A stretch of 64,000 nucleotides of DNA, taken from positions 214,789 to 278,788 of the forward strand of contig CAZMIU010000001.1 in the NCBI GenBank assembly GCA_964566795.1, written 5' to 3'. The notes beneath the pieces are model-generated. The model had not been told where the DNA came from, made no database searches, and was given only the letters and a program-made list of their open reading frames with translations. This DNA comes from an uncultured Candidatus Saccharibacteria bacterium. GTDB taxonomy: Bacteria > Patescibacteriota > Minisyncoccia > Phycocordibacterales > SBAW01. Both the position numbers and the translations under genes were made by a program. Positions 61,642 through 64,000 of this stretch are shown piece by piece (positions within the stretch are counted from its first letter, which is position 1; the number at the start of each line of letters is the position of its first letter).

Positions 61642-61735
61642 GGCTCCTCCTGTGTGCTGATCTGTAAAAACTATACCGCTACGCATAAAAAAGGAAAACC
61701 CGCTCGGTAAAGCGGGGAATAGGTCGCAAGACTGA

Positions 61736-61781
61736 AATATCGGTGCTAAGCACCCATTTTTTGGGATTTTTATGGTCTAAT
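61736..61781. repeat. AT-rich dispersed repeat, copy 2
   Basis: Matches 18056-18101 (38/46); GGTGCTAAGCACC palindromic core. Confidence 0.7.
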
Positions 61782-61799
61782 ATTTTAGGTAAAAACCCT

Positions 61800-62138
61800 T
61801 TATAGCTTTTTAAATTTAATGCCAAGCACGCCGTATTTTGCTTCCTCCTCTTTGGAGTAGTACTCGTACATGCTTTCAGTTTTTGTATCGATATCCTCTG
61901 CGCCAAACTCAGCAAGCGGTCGCATTGCAAACAGCTCCCTAAACGTAGGAGCGTGTATAAGCTCAACAACCTCTACCTCTACCCTTTCTATAAAATCCGG
62001 TCGCAACACCAATACAAGGTGGTCACCAACCTTGATCGCTCGGCGCCTATCGTCATTGAGCCGAGACTCAATTACCTGTGTCCCCGCCTGTATCCTCTCA
62101 AAAGGCCTGGGATGCAACCGCATTTCATGCGTCGTCAT
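61800..62138 (-). CDS. ASCH-domain protein
   Basis: PFERIQAGTQVIESRLND..IKVGD..YYSKEEEAKYGVLGI. Confidence 0.85.
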   Translation of the reverse strand: MTTHEMRLHPRPFERIQAGTQVIESRLNDDRRRAIKVGDHLVLVLRPDFIERVEVEVVELIHAPTFRELFAMRPLAEFGAEDIDTKTESMYEYYSKEEEAKYGVLGIKFKKL

Positions 62139-62139
62139 G

Positions 62140-64000
62140 TTACAAGCAGACGAAGGAAGCGATGGCGTCGCCTTCGCGGAGCTTCATGACGCGGACGCCT
62201 TGGGTAGAACGGCTCAGGGACGGGATTTCTTTAAGCTCGGTGCGGATAACCTGGCCCTTTTTGGACACAACCACAATCTCATCCTCGCCTACCCCCTCCT
62301 CTTTGGAAATTATTTTGGCTGCGATAACCGGGCCGGTCTTCGGGGTCATGTTCATGGTCTTGATACCCGAGCCGCCGCGCTTTTGGATCTTGTATTCCTC
62401 CACATCGGTGGTCTTGCCGTAGCCGTTGCGCGAGACAACAAGCACCTCGAGGTTCTTAAGTCCCTTCTTAACCACATCGGCGCCCACGATACTGTCGCCA
62501 CTACCCAGCTTCATACCGCGCACGCCGCCGGCCCCGCGGCCCATGGCGCGAATGTCGCTCTCCTTAAAGCGCACACTCTGGCCCTTGGCAGTGCTCAAGA
62601 ATATCTCGTCGCCCTTCTCCACGAGCATCGCAGAAATAAGCTCATCGCCCTTTTGCAGCTTCATCGCAATAAGTCCTGAGCGGCGCACATCGTGGAACGC
62701 GGTGGCGTCCACCTTCTTGGCAACGCCTTGTGCTGTCACCATGTACAAAAACTTCTCGCCCTCTTTTTGGCCCTTGCGCATCGGGAGTACGCTCGTGACC
62801 CTCTCGTCCCCAGAGAGCTGCAGGAAGTTGACGATAGCTTTGCCCTTGGTCGAGCGCTTGCCTTCCGGGATATCGTACATCTTAAGGCTGTAGGCCTTGC
62901 CTTGGTTGGTAAAGAAGAGCAAGTCGCTATGGGTCGAGGTCGTGAGGAAGGTGGTTACAAAGTCCTCCTCCTTGGTGTCGAGGTCTATCACACCCACGCC
63001 GCCGCGTTTTTGCTTGCGGTACTCATCTGGATTGGTGCGCTTAACATAGCCGCCCTGGGTCAGGACCAGCACCTGCTCGTCGTCCGGCACCAGGTCCTCT
63101 ACGTTAATCACGCCCGCGGCGCCCTTCATGACATGGGTCATGCGCTCGTCGCCAAAGCGCTTGGCAAGCTCGACAATCTCCGTCTTGATAAGCGCAAGCA
63201 TCTTCTTGTCGCTCGCGAGGAGTGCGGTGAGCTCCTCTATAAGGGCCTGTACCTCGGCCAACTCGTCCTCTATCTTTTTGCGCTCGAGGTTGGCAAGGCG
63301 GCTCAGGCGCATCTCCAAAATCGCAGTGGCCTGGAGGTCGGAGAACTTATACTTTTTAACAATATTGGCGTGCGCCTCCGGCACATCCTTAGAGGCGCGG
63401 ATGGTCTTGATAAGCTCGTCTATGATATCGAGCGCCTTCTTAAGGCCCAGCAAGATATGCTCGCGGTCTTGTGCGCGGGTTAGGTCAAACAGCGTGCGGC
63501 GGCGCACCACCTCGCGGCGGTGCTTGATAAACTCCTCCAAAATGCCCTTGAGCGAGAGTGTCTGCGGCACGCCGTCGACAAGCACCACCATATTAAAGTG
63601 GAACGTGTCCTCAAGCGCCGTGTGCTTGTAGAGGTAGTTGAGGACCTTCTGCGGGTGGCCGCCTGCCTTAAGCTCTATGACGATGCGGATGTCCTTTGTC
63701 GACTCGTCGCGCAGGCCGCGTATGCCCTCTATTTTCTTTTCGCGCACAAGGTCTGCAATCCGCATGATAAGGTCGGCCTTGTTAACACGGTACGGTATGG
63801 AGGTAACCACAATACTAAAGTCGCCCTTCTTGCCCTCGACAATCTCAGCGTTGCCGCGCACCACAACGCCGCCCTTGCCTGTGCTGTAGGCATGGAGCAG
63901 ATCCTTCTTGTTAAACGCAACCGCTCCCGTTGGGAAGTCGGGGCCGGATATATACTCCATCAAGTCCTCTACCGTTGCATCCGGGTGCTCTATAAGATGT
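62140..64000 (-). CDS. gyrA: DNA gyrase subunit A (5' part outside the window)
   Basis: GPDFPTG, LRDES, QATAILEMRL, GyrA-box QKRGGVG, beta-pinwheel repeats. Confidence 0.96.
   Translation of the reverse strand, partial: HLIEHPDATVEDLMEYISGPDFPTGAVAFNKKDLLHAYSTGKGGVVVRGNAEIVEGKKGDFSIVVTSIPYRVNKADLIMRIADLVREKKIEGIRGLRDESTKDIRIVIELKAGGHPQKVLNYLYKHTALEDTFHFNMVVLVDGVPQTLSLKGILEEFIKHRREVVRRRTLFDLTRAQDREHILLGLKKALDIIDELIKTIRASKDVPEAHANIVKKYKFSDLQATAILEMRLSRLANLERKKIEDELAEVQALIEELTALLASDKKMLALIKTEIVELAKRFGDERMTHVMKGAAGVINVEDLVPDDEQVLVLTQGGYVKRTNPDEYRKQKRGGVGVIDLDTKEEDFVTTFLTTSTHSDLLFFTNQGKAYSLKMYDIPEGKRSTKGKAIVNFLQLSGDERVTSVLPMRKGQKEGEKFLYMVTAQGVAKKVDATAFHDVRRSGLIAMKLQKGDELISAMLVEKGDEIFLSTAKGQSVRFKESDIRAMGRGAGGVRGMKLGSGDSIVGADVVKKGLKNLEVLVVSRNGYGKTTDVEEYKIQKRGGSGIKTMNMTPKTGPVIAAKIISKEEGVGEDEIVVVSKKGQVIRTELKEIPSLSRSTQGVRVMKLREGDAIASFVCL

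Overview
Genome segment (standard genetic code 11) that looks like a Patescibacteria/CPR bacterium of the Parcubacteria (Paceibacteria) type. This is inferred from a short IF2, a DnaX without its Zn module, a Rel that ends after TGS, a VirB2/TrbC-like pilin cluster and many apparently leaderless genes. Positions 1-13.9 kb form one co-oriented (minus-strand) locus of secreted proteins: a SipW-type signal peptidase, three TasA-like proteins, four proteins sharing an unnamed Asn/Thr/Gly beta-repeat, two Cys/Asp Ca-binding-repeat paralogues and a processive GT2 synthase. Together they suggest an undescribed extracellular-matrix or fibre system. The rest is mostly housekeeping (msrA, rarA, rlmH, dnaX, dus, ftsQ-like, serS, dprA, topA, rel, parB, miaA, rpmG, clpB, iscS, infB, rbfA, gyrA) plus 8 tRNAs. 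Also present are a class F sortase with a VPNTG substrate, a pilin-lytic transglycosylase fusion, a secreted SGYSxx hexapeptide-repeat protein, several small palindromic elements (some inside miaA and parB), a tRNA-mimicking element behind tRNA-Gln and two candidate small RNAs. No CRISPR array, rRNA, integrase or transposase was seen. All family calls come from motif recognition by eye; no database search was run.
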